Source: a virus | Direction: 5' to 3' (one strand) | Length of the DNA stretch: 64,000 bases | Virus record (IMG/VR): IMGVR_UViG_3300050132_000248 | Span: 1 to 64,000 of that record | In this document: in pieces, positions 1 through 8,940 of the stretch | Layout: every line of letters starts with the position of its first letter | How positions within the stretch are numbered: the stretch's first letter is position 1 | The notes under the pieces: generated by a model | What the model was told of the DNA's origin: nothing | Database searches by the model: none | The model's input: the letters and a program-made list of their open reading frames with translations, nothing else | Program-made: the position numbers and the translations under genes

Positions 1-29
1 AAAAAAAGAACCCTTTAAACTTAAAAAGT

Positions 30-275
30 ATGAAACAAATGATGAATGGTCCAATGACACCACAGAAAATGGGTAAAAAACCTATGAAAAAGATGCTACC
101 AATGAAAAAGAAACCTACATCAGTTCCTGTAAGGTCTCAACCAACAAGAATGATGCCTCCTCAACAGGGGCCAATGCAACAGGGTCCACAACAGCAATTT
201 CAACCTCAGCAACCTCCAATGAAAAAAGGTGGAAAAGTGAAGAGAAAAAAATGTTGTGGCGGAGGTCGTATATAA
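30..275 (+). CDS. small Met/Lys/Gln/Pro-rich basic protein
   Basis: 81-aa ORF, low complexity, basic C-terminus; first of three tandem basic ORFs. Confidence 0.6.
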   Translation: MKQMMNGPMTPQKMGKKPMKKMLPMKKKPTSVPVRSQPTRMMPPQQGPMQQGPQQQFQPQQPPMKKGGKVKRKKCCGGGRI

Positions 276-290
276 CAAAAGGAAGTAATT

Positions 291-452
291 ATGGCAACTA
301 AAAAAAAGGGCAAGAAAGATTGGATATCTTCAGCTGTGAATCCCAAACACAAGGGATATTGTACTCCAGAAACTAAGGCCACATGTACACCAGCTAGAAA
401 GAGGTTGGCTCACACGTTTAAGGCAATGGCCAGAAAAAGAAAGAAAGGATAA
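291..452 (+). CDS. small basic protein (53 aa, not in ORF track)
   Basis: Read by eye: MATKKKGKKDWISSAVNPKHKGYCTPETKATCTPARKRLAHTFKAMARKRKKG*, preceded by AAGGAAG. Confidence 0.65.
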   Translation: MATKKKGKKDWISSAVNPKHKGYCTPETKATCTPARKRLAHTFKAMARKRKKG

Positions 453-454
453 TC

Positions 455-598
455 ATGTCAAAAGCTGGAACTCCAAAAAAGGCACCAAAAATAAAGGCTC
501 CTTCAAAGCAGAAGCCTAATTTCATGCGAGAAAATTTACATGCAGATAATAGGAAAAGCCCTCAAGCTCCTATGAAGAAGAAAAGATTGTCTAAATAA
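455..598 (+). CDS. small basic protein (47 aa, not in ORF track)
   Basis: MSKAGTPKKAPKIKAPSKQKPNFMRENLHADNRKSPQAPMKKKRLSK*; starts 2 nt after the previous stop and overlaps the convergent methyltransferase stop. Confidence 0.6.
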   Translation: MSKAGTPKKAPKIKAPSKQKPNFMRENLHADNRKSPQAPMKKKRLSK

Positions 599-1220
599 AT
601 TGTTGTTTATCTGTCAGCATTGTGAGAAATTCTTCTTCACTAATTAAATGAAGGAGAATTTCTCTATTTTTATTGAATTCCTCCCATGATAAATTGAGAG
701 AATATCTCTTTGAATACATAATAGGAATAGTATAAGGATAGATGATTCCTACACCCCAATCAGTATTAATGGTAAAATGATGCACATTGAAACTGTTAAC
801 AGCTTCTATGTATCCTTTATATACATCACCATTCCAATCTCCTCCTGTTTTCTTAAATTCTTCATAACTTCTTGTATGCCATTCAGTTGGAGGAGAGCAA
901 TCATGCATTACAATAATTCCTTTAGGATTGAGATGAAATAATGAATTTCTAATATCCTTGAACACTTGTTTTGCTTCATGCATTCCATCAATAAAAACAA
1001 TATCAAATTTTACATGATCACTCACTCTCTCGAAGAAGTCATCAGAGGTTTTAGGATAAAGCCTCACCTTTCCTTTATAGGAATCAAAGTCAGGATCTAT
1101 TCCTATCTTATATGGAGCTATGCAGCCATCCAATGTTTCCCCTACATGTACTCCTATCTCCAGATATCTCTTATAGTAGAATCTGTTAATGAGATGATTG
1201 ATGATGTCTAGTCTGTTCAT
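591..1220 (-). CDS. class I SAM-dependent methyltransferase (Methyltransf_24-like)
   Basis: YLEIGV motif I, FDIVFIDGMH, LNPKGIIVMHD motifs. Confidence 0.85.
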   Translation of the reverse strand: MNRLDIINHLINRFYYKRYLEIGVHVGETLDGCIAPYKIGIDPDFDSYKGKVRLYPKTSDDFFERVSDHVKFDIVFIDGMHEAKQVFKDIRNSLFHLNPKGIIVMHDCSPPTEWHTRSYEEFKKTGGDWNGDVYKGYIEAVNSFNVHHFTINTDWGVGIIYPYTIPIMYSKRYSLNLSWEEFNKNREILLHLISEEEFLTMLTDKQQFI

Positions 1221-1879
1221 AGTCTTTCTTTATTTAGTCTTGACCAAATTGCTTCAGGATATTTACCATCTAAATGATTCAAATAGTATTTCTCTTCCTC
1301 TGGAAGAGCATTAAAATCCAAATACCATGGAATGTGTCTGCAGGCAAAATCTCCTCCTATTCTCACACTATCATATCTATAGCCTGCAGATTTACTATCA
1401 AGGGAGAATGTCATATCTGTAACACCATGATAAACATTCTCATCTTCTGTTGTAAACCAACATATATTCTGATGATTCTTTATTTTCTCTTTTAGTTCTC
1501 CTTCAGGAACATCATCAAGTCTGAGAACAAGACTGGCTTTTCTGTCATATTTCTTATGCAGTTCCATTAATATTTCTTGCCAATTAGAAGGCATATTAGG
1601 ATTTAACTCAAGATCACAATCCGAATAAATGTAATAGTCTTCCTTACAGCAAGCATAATATCCTGAATAGAAGAAGGACCAGCATCCTTTATTCTCTGTA
1701 TGACGGACTATATTAACAGTTCCTTTAATACACTCATACCATTCTAATAATGGAGGATATGTAGATGCATTATCAATTATTGTAATTCTACTATTCCCAT
1801 CTAACCTAAACAGGTCTTCTACCATTTTTTTGGTGGTAGAAAGCCTGTTCATGTTGGTTAGATAGATGGGATAGTTCAT
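1217..1879 (-). CDS. GT-A fold (GT2-like) glycosyltransferase
   Basis: IIDNAST and YIYSDCDL (DxD) motifs; ATGA-type overlaps with neighbours. Confidence 0.7.
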   Translation of the reverse strand: MNYPIYLTNMNRLSTTKKMVEDLFRLDGNSRITIIDNASTYPPLLEWYECIKGTVNIVRHTENKGCWSFFYSGYYACCKEDYYIYSDCDLELNPNMPSNWQEILMELHKKYDRKASLVLRLDDVPEGELKEKIKNHQNICWFTTEDENVYHGVTDMTFSLDSKSAGYRYDSVRIGGDFACRHIPWYLDFNALPEEEKYYLNHLDGKYPEAIWSRLNKERL

Positions 1880-2637
1880 TCTATACTCACTTTACCAGAT
1901 TGAATATTAATAGGAAAATTTCTTGCTGCTTTTAATTCAAGTTTAATTTGTTCAACATCTAAATCCATATATCGAGGATCTCCTATTCCACCTTTACAAC
2001 TAACAATGAATTTGAAATCCTTAGATAGAACAATTTTCTCTGGAGGATTGAAATGAAACTCACAGTTTATGTAGCTTTCATCATTCACTCCCGGTTCATA
2101 TCCCCATTCTCTGTCAGCAAGTTGATAACTTCTCATCACTTTACAGAAAGCAATCATCTTATTCTTTGTACCTCCAAAGAAAGCACCCAGAAAATACATC
2201 TGAGGAAGTCCTGTATCATGAGGAATATAAGCTTTGCTTCTTGAATTTCTCTCAAAAGGTCTTCCTTCTGTTAACATAGATCCTTGATCATTATAATGTT
2301 GACCTCCTACCATGTCTCCTAAGAACCAATTCTCATCAAAAGGTTTATCAACATTAGTGTCAGCATCGAAGTAGAATAAATAGTCAACATCTCTATTCTC
2401 CAAATTCATGATACAGGGAAACTTCATATCTGTGCCTTCTTCCCAATTATTATTAGTAGTGTGAATATACTCGACAAAATTATAATTATCAGGAAGATAC
2501 TCTTTGGGATTCAAATCAGAGAAAAAATAGAAAATTATAGTCTTATCCCTTTTATAGAATTGCATAAACCTCTTGATAAATCTGATACCTAAAGGGAAAT
2601 ATCCCCTAGTTGCCAACACTACTATCCCTATTCTCAT
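1876..2637 (-). CDS. GT6-family glycosyltransferase (ABO/alpha-1,3-Gal(NAc) transferase-like)
   Basis: IGIVVLATRGY N-terminus, YFFSD, YLFYFDAD, FERNSRSKAYIP, YFLGAFFGG and NDESYIN align to GT6 hallmark motifs. Confidence 0.85.
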   Translation of the reverse strand: MRIGIVVLATRGYFPLGIRFIKRFMQFYKRDKTIIFYFFSDLNPKEYLPDNYNFVEYIHTTNNNWEEGTDMKFPCIMNLENRDVDYLFYFDADTNVDKPFDENWFLGDMVGGQHYNDQGSMLTEGRPFERNSRSKAYIPHDTGLPQMYFLGAFFGGTKNKMIAFCKVMRSYQLADREWGYEPGVNDESYINCEFHFNPPEKIVLSKDFKFIVSCKGGIGDPRYMDLDVEQIKLELKAARNFPINIQSGKVSIE

Positions 2638-2972
2638 ACTTCAACACAAAAAGTTCCTGAATTCAATGCATAATCTGCTTGCATTAAATTAATACCTCCA
2701 ATTGATCCTCCTTGATAAATTATCTCTGGAGTGGGATTATACCATGGATAAACATAAGGTCGAGGCCAAATATCAGGATAATAAGGAAAAGAGCGAGAAT
2801 ACTCTTTGATAACAATAGGACTCTGCCAAACAATTTGTGTATTTGTTTCCAGTTTGAATGTTTTCCATTCTTCTGAAGAGAGAAGTTTGTCTAAAGCTTC
2901 AATCAATTCACCAAGATTTACTGATTCTTCAATTTTGATAATTTTGTTTGTAGTATCTAGTAATAGTTTCAT
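2634..2972 (-). CDS. hypothetical protein
   Basis: 112-aa ORF in a tightly packed operon. Confidence 0.6.
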   Translation of the reverse strand: MKLLLDTTNKIIKIEESVNLGELIEALDKLLSSEEWKTFKLETNTQIVWQSPIVIKEYSRSFPYYPDIWPRPYVYPWYNPTPEIIYQGGSIGGINLMQADYALNSGTFCVEV

Positions 2973-2974
2973 AA

Positions 2975-3271
2975 TTATTCTATTGACATTAGTTTTATAA
3001 ATCTTTCGTTATCATCATCCATTAATGTAACATTTGTTTGATAAAGTCCTTTTTCTTTCTTGATTTTAAGAACTTTACCATTTTTAATAGCAGAGGGAAC
3101 TTCTCTAATTTCTTCATGAAAATCATCAAGAACAACAAGTCTCTCTGTTGGAGAAATTTCCATTGTCAGAATGATTTTGTCTAAATTGAAACTGTCTTTT
3201 TTAGTAATAAATTCTCCCTCTTTTCCAGAGACAGATTCTCGTCTTTCGTAGAAAAATTGATTTTTAGTCAT
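2975..3271 (-). CDS. hypothetical protein
   Basis: 98-aa ORF in operon. Confidence 0.65.
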   Translation of the reverse strand: MTKNQFFYERRESVSGKEGEFITKKDSFNLDKIILTMEISPTERLVVLDDFHEEIREVPSAIKNGKVLKIKKEKGLYQTNVTLMDDDNERFIKLMSIE

Positions 3272-3519
3272 AATTTTGAATTTTCGGTTAATATTTTATT
3301 TAATTTAGTAATTAATTCTACTGAATAAGGTGACGTAAATTTATGAGCTCCTATGTATACAACAAATTCTACAGGTTCATCATCTTCTGTATCAATCCAA
3401 TAACCAAGTAAATCTTTTCTATTGAAATAGAAATTGGTATATGAATCAGGAGAATCCAATCCCGTATCTTGTAATTTAGTATTAGAAAGTGTTATTTTAA
3501 TAGTTTCCATAACTAACAA
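3268..3519 (-). CDS. hypothetical protein
   Basis: 83-aa ORF; resembles the 35023-35256 ORF (acidic, GYW/GWW..D..D..F motif). Confidence 0.6.
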   Translation of the reverse strand: MLVMETIKITLSNTKLQDTGLDSPDSYTNFYFNRKDLLGYWIDTEDDEPVEFVVYIGAHKFTSPYSVELITKLNKILTENSKL

Positions 3520-3962
3520 TCTTTACAATATAGTTCGAGAACAGCTTTTAATTGATTATTCCTTTCACTTGAAGATCCTTGAAACACATGTCTAGGATTT
3601 ACTCTATATAGTTGAGAATCAATTTTTACAATTATGTTCTCCTTAAGAAGATAAGTAAACGCACTATCAAAGGAACGAGGTTTACACCCTGTTTCCTTAG
3701 CTATGATAGTCTTTAATGATTTACTCATAGAAAATTCTTGCCCTTTACTATATCTCTCTAATAAAGAGGCAAAAAGTTTCATTCTGACATCACTACTACC
3801 TTTTAATATCAGTACCATAGAAGAATACATGAGATAAAATTCCTCTTTAGTATTTGCTAGATATGTTGACCTATTAACAATAATATCAACCACTTCACCT
3901 GTTCCACTATCTACAATAACATCTGTAGAAGTGTTTCCTGTTTTTAGAAACGAATTTTCCAT
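3513..3962 (-). CDS. RepL-like winged-HTH replication/maintenance protein
   Basis: V.VD.GTGEV N-terminus, HTH segment, YRVNPRHVF C-terminus typical of the RepL family; start revised to ATG 3962 because the track start lies inside a promoter. Confidence 0.65.
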   Translation of the reverse strand: MENSFLKTGNTSTDVIVDSGTGEVVDIIVNRSTYLANTKEEFYLMYSSMVLILKGSSDVRMKLFASLLERYSKGQEFSMSKSLKTIIAKETGCKPRSFDSAFTYLLKENIIVKIDSQLYRVNPRHVFQGSSSERNNQLKAVLELYCKDC

Positions 3963-3965
3963 ACG

Positions 3966-3997
3966 CAAAAGTAACGTATAATTAAACAACCACCAAA
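3966..3997 (-). promoter_or_regulatory. Bacteroidota-type housekeeping promoter
   Basis: TTTG-N20-TACTTTTG on the minus strand (consensus TTTG-N19-21-TAnnTTTG); ATG begins 4 nt after the -7 box. Confidence 0.65.
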
Positions 3998-4028
3998 TAT
4001 TTCTTACTATTTTTTTATGTGTACATAC

Positions 4029-4088
4029 ACACTTTATAACGTAGAAGAATCTACGCTATAAACTGTAATCATCTACGCTATAAAGTGT
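4029..4088. repeat. iteron/operator-like repeat triplet upstream of the RepL-like gene
   Basis: ATCTACGCTATAAA at 4049-4062 and 4071-4084; inverted 16/17 copy at 4029-4045 versus 4072-4088. Confidence 0.7.
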
Positions 4089-4170
4089 ATAGATATACAT
4101 TATTAAACGTAAGAGTTATTGATATAAATTATTGAGATGTTGAAAGTTAGAAAATAATCATCTCTATCTA

Positions 4171-4548
4171 TCATACAAGGTTATATTTTTTCAATAGATA
4201 TTCCCTCCTTCTGTTAATTTCCTCATATCTATATTTATCAGACTCCACATTAGAATGCTCATCCAGAGTTAGTAAAATAATATTCTCTTCATCATATTTA
4301 GCTTCTGGATATTTCTCCTTTAGAAGAATATGATGAAAATAGGCTGATGAGGGGAATCCGTTAATCTCATATAGTTTGTCATTATTTAATTCACTCTGAT
4401 GTTTTCTTTTTTTCCATATAGAGAGGAAAAAATCATACATCTTTTTGATATTCTCAATTTCTTCCTCTGTGACAACTTTTTTATGTCTCTTAAATAGCTT
4501 CCTCTTTAGTGGTACTCTTTTTATTTTGCTGAATGTCTTCTTTAACAT
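4171..4548 (-). CDS. HNH-like endonuclease
   Basis: FHHIL...ENIILL...EH..VE pattern. Confidence 0.55.
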   Translation of the reverse strand: MLKKTFSKIKRVPLKRKLFKRHKKVVTEEEIENIKKMYDFFLSIWKKRKHQSELNNDKLYEINGFPSSAYFHHILLKEKYPEAKYDEENIILLTLDEHSNVESDKYRYEEINRRREYLLKKYNLV

Positions 4549-5524
4549 CGTTTGAATTTTTCAGTTTGTTAATCACCTTTTCTCTTATTTCTTCATAGAG
4601 TTCTGGATTGTCATCCATTAGATGTTGTACCTTCTCAATTCCTTGTCCAAGTTTGGTCTCTCCATAACTAAACCAAGAGCCTGCTTGTATTATTATACCA
4701 AAATCAATAGCATAGTCCAATATTTCTCTTTCTTTTGAAATACCAATACCCCATTGAATTTGAAACTTTGCTTGTCCAAAAGGCTTTCCTATTTTACTTT
4801 TAACAATATCAACAGTTGTTTTATTTGCTTCATGCTCTTTATCTCCTATTTTCCATATTTTCCATCTGGCATCTGCATAGAACTTTATAGCATTTCCTCC
4901 ACTGGTGATTGTTGGATCCCCATATCCACCAATATTACTTCTTGTTTGAGAAATGATAAATAGTGTAGTTTTATGGATTGTTAATAAACCCTTCACCTTC
5001 ATACAGAATTTACTATTATTTCTGGCTTGAAGTCCAATAGTACTATCTCCCATTTCTCCATCAATAATAGCTTTAGGGCAAGCTGCAGTTTGACTATCTA
5101 TCACTATGCAAGAAACTAAATCTTTTTGAATCAAAGCTAATATCATATTGTATCCAGCTTCTTGAGAGTCAGGTTGATAGATTAATAAGTCATTAGTGTT
5201 TATACCTATAGCTTCTGCGTAGGCTTTATCAAAAGAATTTTCATAATCAAATAATGCCACCTTCCTCTCTGGAAAAGCCTTTTGATATTCTGCCATTTGA
5301 TGTAAAGACAACGTAGATTTTCCAGAACTGTTTTCACCAAACAATTCTATCATTTTTCCTATAGCTGTACCACCTATCTCCATAGCTTGATCAAGTTGTA
5401 CACTTCCTGTACTTACGATTATTAACTCATCCATGGAAGCTCTTCCCATTCCATATTTCTTTTCTAACAAATCAAGAATTGCATCATTTCCTTGTTTTTC
5501 AGGTTTTTGTTTCGCCATTTTCAA
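4490..5524 (-). CDS. recA: RecA recombinase
   Basis: IVSTGS..LD.A..IGG, GENSSGKST Walker A, IVIDS, GGNAIKFYA, QAGSWFSYG. Confidence 0.92.
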   Translation of the reverse strand: MKMAKQKPEKQGNDAILDLLEKKYGMGRASMDELIIVSTGSVQLDQAMEIGGTAIGKMIELFGENSSGKSTLSLHQMAEYQKAFPERKVALFDYENSFDKAYAEAIGINTNDLLIYQPDSQEAGYNMILALIQKDLVSCIVIDSQTAACPKAIIDGEMGDSTIGLQARNNSKFCMKVKGLLTIHKTTLFIISQTRSNIGGYGDPTITSGGNAIKFYADARWKIWKIGDKEHEANKTTVDIVKSKIGKPFGQAKFQIQWGIGISKEREILDYAIDFGIIIQAGSWFSYGETKLGQGIEKVQHLMDDNPELYEEIREKVINKLKNSNDVKEDIQQNKKSTTKEEAI

Positions 5525-5726
5525 TTAGTTTTTTAGTTATATTGTCTATGTGTTTATATGTTAAATACACATCTGCATCAGGATGTTCGATTACTATCTT
5601 CTTTCTGAATTCTTCCATTTCTTTATAATCATTGAAGATTATTTCTGCAACATCTTTGTGAGAAGTTTTACTTCCATTCACTACATCGTATTTTATTAGT
5701 TCCAACATACAATTACTGTTTAGCAA
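5499..5726 (-). CDS. hypothetical protein
   Basis: 75-aa ORF in operon. Confidence 0.55.
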   Translation of the reverse strand: MLNSNCMLELIKYDVVNGSKTSHKDVAEIIFNDYKEMEEFRKKIVIEHPDADVYLTYKHIDNITKKLIENGETKT

Positions 5727-6156
5727 TCATTTGACTTATTAAATACTTATTGAGAGTCATATCCTCGCATACTCTTATAAATTTATCAAGAGTGGAAGGA
5801 TTAGTTCCAAACAGAGTCTTTATTGTTTTTATTGAGTAGGGAACAGAGCCTTTGTTATTAAGTTTGAATAGAAGAGATATTCTGTTCTTCTTCATTCTTA
5901 CAACATAATACATTAGGAGAATTGACATTTGACGTGCTTCAACTATTTCCCTTTTTCGGGTTAGTTTATATACTGCTCCTTTTGATAGTCCATATTGAGT
6001 CTCTACAAGATCTGTAATTCTCTCAATCTGGGAAGTAGTATTATTTATTGGATCCATTTGCTGAATCTGTAATTTCATCCTATCTAAGCTCTTCTGTACA
6101 TTATCAATCTCTTGAAGGAGATCTAAAGGAGTGATAGGATGTATTCTTATACCCAT
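5713..6156 (-). CDS. protein with DnaA domain-IV-like (DnaA C-terminal HTH) region
   Basis: TRKREIVEARQMSILL resembles the DnaA_C R.R.IV.ARQIAMYL signature; ATG 6156 preferred over TTG 6186, which lies in a hairpin. Confidence 0.55.
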   Translation of the reverse strand: MGIRIHPITPLDLLQEIDNVQKSLDRMKLQIQQMDPINNTTSQIERITDLVETQYGLSKGAVYKLTRKREIVEARQMSILLMYYVVRMKKNRISLLFKLNNKGSVPYSIKTIKTLFGTNPSTLDKFIRVCEDMTLNKYLISQMIAKQ

Positions 6157-6171
6157 AATCTTAGTTTTAGG

Positions 6172-6202
6172 GACAAAGGGGAGCAAATATACTCCCTTTG
6201 TC
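6172..6202 (-). promoter_or_regulatory. hairpin whose 8-nt loop is a -7 promoter box
   Basis: GACAAAGGGAG-TATATTTG-CTCCCCTTTGTC on the minus strand (11-bp stem, 1 bulge). Confidence 0.5.
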
Positions 6203-6238
6203 TCACATTTCCTACATAAATATTGTTAATTTTTAAAA

Positions 6239-6640
6239 TTAGACTTCATCAATATTGTTATCAATATATTGAACAGCAGCAAGTATTGCATAGTGTTCAA
6301 CATCAGGTCTATTGAAGAAATCTTCTGGAGTTTCTTCCAAACATTTTCCTTTTGGACAGATATAATAATTGAATATCACCTTTCCTGTTATAGGCACCTG
6401 TTGTACTACAATACCAACATAAACCTGTAAACTGTCAAATATTTCAAACAAAGCTGCAGGATTCTTATCAATAATATTAGCTAACATCTCATCAGCAACT
6501 CCTCTTTCTTTCATTGTATTCCTGAACTCCTCAGGAACATCAGTTGACATTGGCAAACTCTCCAATAGTTTAGTTGTGAAATATTCCTTAATTATCTTAG
6601 CTACCTTTGGATAGGTATCTAATAGTTCTTTTCCTTTCAT
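6239..6640 (-). CDS. hypothetical protein
   Basis: 133-aa ORF with a strong GGAGGTGAT SD. Confidence 0.7.
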   Translation of the reverse strand: MKGKELLDTYPKVAKIIKEYFTTKLLESLPMSTDVPEEFRNTMKERGVADEMLANIIDKNPAALFEIFDSLQVYVGIVVQQVPITGKVIFNYYICPKGKCLEETPEDFFNRPDVEHYAILAAVQYIDNNIDEV

Positions 6641-7212
6641 GACATCACCTCCTCTTTTTTTAAATATTGTTTAAGTCTTTGTTCAGTTAGTGTTTCTCTA
6701 TCCTCTTGATATCCTTCATAAACTTCAGAATCTTCTGGAAGATCTGTTTGAAGAAGGTCTTCCCAGAATTTTCTAAGATCTGGAGTTTTCTTGAATATTC
6801 TCACCTGAAGAGAAATTTCATCTCTACGAAGTCCATCTATAATTATTTTTACTGTCTTGGGAAATAATGCTTGAAATTCAGGAGATGTTTTAGAATATTG
6901 GGAGTGTCTTATTTTATCAAAATCTCCCTTGAAATCAGGATTAAGTTTATAAACGATAACAACAAATCCATCTGAATGATCATAATCAGTGATTATATCC
7001 TTGGTTCTTTCATATTCACTATCAAGAAATTCTCGAAACCTATCTATGTTCTTTGGACGAAACAATAAGTAGCAAGAATCCTCATAATGTTCTTCACGAG
7101 CATCATCTTTAGCATATCCATTTAGAAATTCATTAGCTTTTAGTGCTTCTCTATCAATACCTAAACTTGGCACCATAAATATTGAGGTAATAGTCTTTGT
7201 TAGTTTTTCCAT
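6637..7212 (-). CDS. conserved hypothetical phage protein
   Basis: 191-aa ORF in the replication operon. Confidence 0.7.
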   Translation of the reverse strand: MEKLTKTITSIFMVPSLGIDREALKANEFLNGYAKDDAREEHYEDSCYLLFRPKNIDRFREFLDSEYERTKDIITDYDHSDGFVVIVYKLNPDFKGDFDKIRHSQYSKTSPEFQALFPKTVKIIIDGLRRDEISLQVRIFKKTPDLRKFWEDLLQTDLPEDSEVYEGYQEDRETLTEQRLKQYLKKEEVMS

Positions 7213-7216
7213 TAAA

Positions 7217-8263
7217 TCATTTTTTCAGATTAACAATTCCATTAGATTCATAATTTTCTCTACTTATTGACCACTGATTTTCAGTTTGAGCCCATTCAAG
7301 AGAATTCACTAGGTCGGAAACTCCGACATACTGCCTTCCTTTATACTCAAATCCTTCTTTTGCTTCTTTCAAATCGTCAAATGTAAGAGCATATATCAAC
7401 GGATTATAGTAGTTGGTACTATCACAAACAATAAACTTAATAGGTTGAATGGAGTATCCCGGGAAATTGATATTTCTGTAATGCTGAATAGCACAATGAT
7501 AAACATATGCCTGAATATAAGCCTTCCTGTACAGGTAGTACTCTTCAAGAAAGTTCTCAACTGCCCAAGTGGTCTTAAGATCAAACACTTGCAGAGTTTT
7601 AGTAAGGTGATTAATATGTACCAAATCCATCATACTCTTAAATTGCAGATTTCCAATCTTATATCCCTCAACCTGTAATTGCTTATGAACTTCCCACTCA
7701 TTGCTATTTACACGATTGACAATATCCTTGGTAACAAAGTTTGTCTTCAGCTCTTCAACAATCTTTTCAGCATTAGTAACATCTTGTGTAGTGACAACTG
7801 TTAAATTGTTAGTTCTCACCTTCAGGATTTCATTGAAATAAATTTCAGCATCGCTTCCTGCAAATTTTCCTATAACAGCCTCATATTTAATTTTGAATCC
7901 AGAGTCATTATAAGCATCTTGGGAGATGTCTGCAAACTCACGCATTACTATCCCCTCTTCGTTCCTTGCATTCATTGTATGCTTATATAAAGCTTCTACG
8001 AAGGCCAACATCAGATTGGTTGGAGCAGATGCACAAGCTGATAAATAAAACTTTTCATCGAATTTTTCTGGTTCCAGTAATAAAGTTTCCACTACCATGC
8101 CAGTGACAATGGCTTTGGTTTCTTCTTCTTCAACTTCCTCATTTAAAATATAACGTTTGTAATAACGTTTTCTGTTAGTAGCGAAATCTTTTAAGCTACT
8201 ACTTGAGTCGAGGAGCAGCTGACGGTACTGAGTTTCAGTAGGTTTTGTATTTCCTTGTATCAT
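7217..8263 (-). CDS. PD-(D/E)XK exonuclease (RecE/exonuclease VIII-like)
   Basis: SSSLKDF, G.VVETLL, KSMMDL, FDLKTT, Y..QAY.Y motifs. Confidence 0.75.
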   Translation of the reverse strand: MIQGNTKPTETQYRQLLLDSSSSLKDFATNRKRYYKRYILNEEVEEEETKAIVTGMVVETLLLEPEKFDEKFYLSACASAPTNLMLAFVEALYKHTMNARNEEGIVMREFADISQDAYNDSGFKIKYEAVIGKFAGSDAEIYFNEILKVRTNNLTVVTTQDVTNAEKIVEELKTNFVTKDIVNRVNSNEWEVHKQLQVEGYKIGNLQFKSMMDLVHINHLTKTLQVFDLKTTWAVENFLEEYYLYRKAYIQAYVYHCAIQHYRNINFPGYSIQPIKFIVCDSTNYYNPLIYALTFDDLKEAKEGFEYKGRQYVGVSDLVNSLEWAQTENQWSISRENYESNGIVNLKK

Positions 8264-8269
8264 TATTTT

Positions 8270-8560
8270 TCAGTTTTTAGGTTTAATTTGTGGAGAGGTG
8301 TTTAAATATACACTCCACCAACTTCTATCAAATAACTTTCCTTTGATTCCTGTTACTTTTTGGGTGTATTCTTTTGCCCATTTTTCCCATTCGTCATGTT
8401 GTTCCTGAGTAACCATATATGATTCATAAAACTCTCTTGTATGTTTCTCTGGGTTCTTTTCCCATTCAGGATGTTCTTTCTTAATTTTCTCTAAATCAGT
8501 GTGATGATATTTCTTCAACCACCAGTTTATCACATCTTCAGGTTTTACTAGTTTTCTCAT
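8270..8560 (-). CDS. hypothetical protein
   Basis: 96-aa Trp-rich ORF. Confidence 0.6.
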   Translation of the reverse strand: MRKLVKPEDVINWWLKKYHHTDLEKIKKEHPEWEKNPEKHTREFYESYMVTQEQHDEWEKWAKEYTQKVTGIKGKLFDRSWWSVYLNTSPQIKPKN

Positions 8561-8928
8561 TTTCCATGAATTTTATTGTGACATTTTGAACATAAAACAA
8601 TTAATCCTTCCTTTTCACAGAATAATCTTTCAGCAAATGAAGAGAGGTCCGCAAAGGAATTAAGTGAACCACAGTCAATTTTATGATGTACCTTTACTTC
8701 CTGTATAGGAAATTCATGATGACATTCAGTACAAACATAAGAATATTTTCTTCTCTTATTTGGTCCTTTATATAGAACTTGAGCTTCTTTTCTTGCTTGA
8801 GAAATAGGTTTCCAATACATAGAAGCTCTGCGAAGTTTTTGTCTTAGCCATTGAAAGAACATACTCTCCGTCATAGTGTTTCCATTCCTTGTTCTCGCTA
8901 CTCGGAATTTCTTAACTTTCTTTTTCAT
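8557..8928 (-). CDS. HNH endonuclease
   Basis: CTEC...VHHKIDC...LCSKCHNKIH zinc-binding HNH pattern. Confidence 0.8.
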   Translation of the reverse strand: MKKKVKKFRVARTRNGNTMTESMFFQWLRQKLRRASMYWKPISQARKEAQVLYKGPNKRRKYSYVCTECHHEFPIQEVKVHHKIDCGSLNSFADLSSFAERLFCEKEGLIVLCSKCHNKIHGK

Positions 8929-8940
8929 AATAAATAAAAT

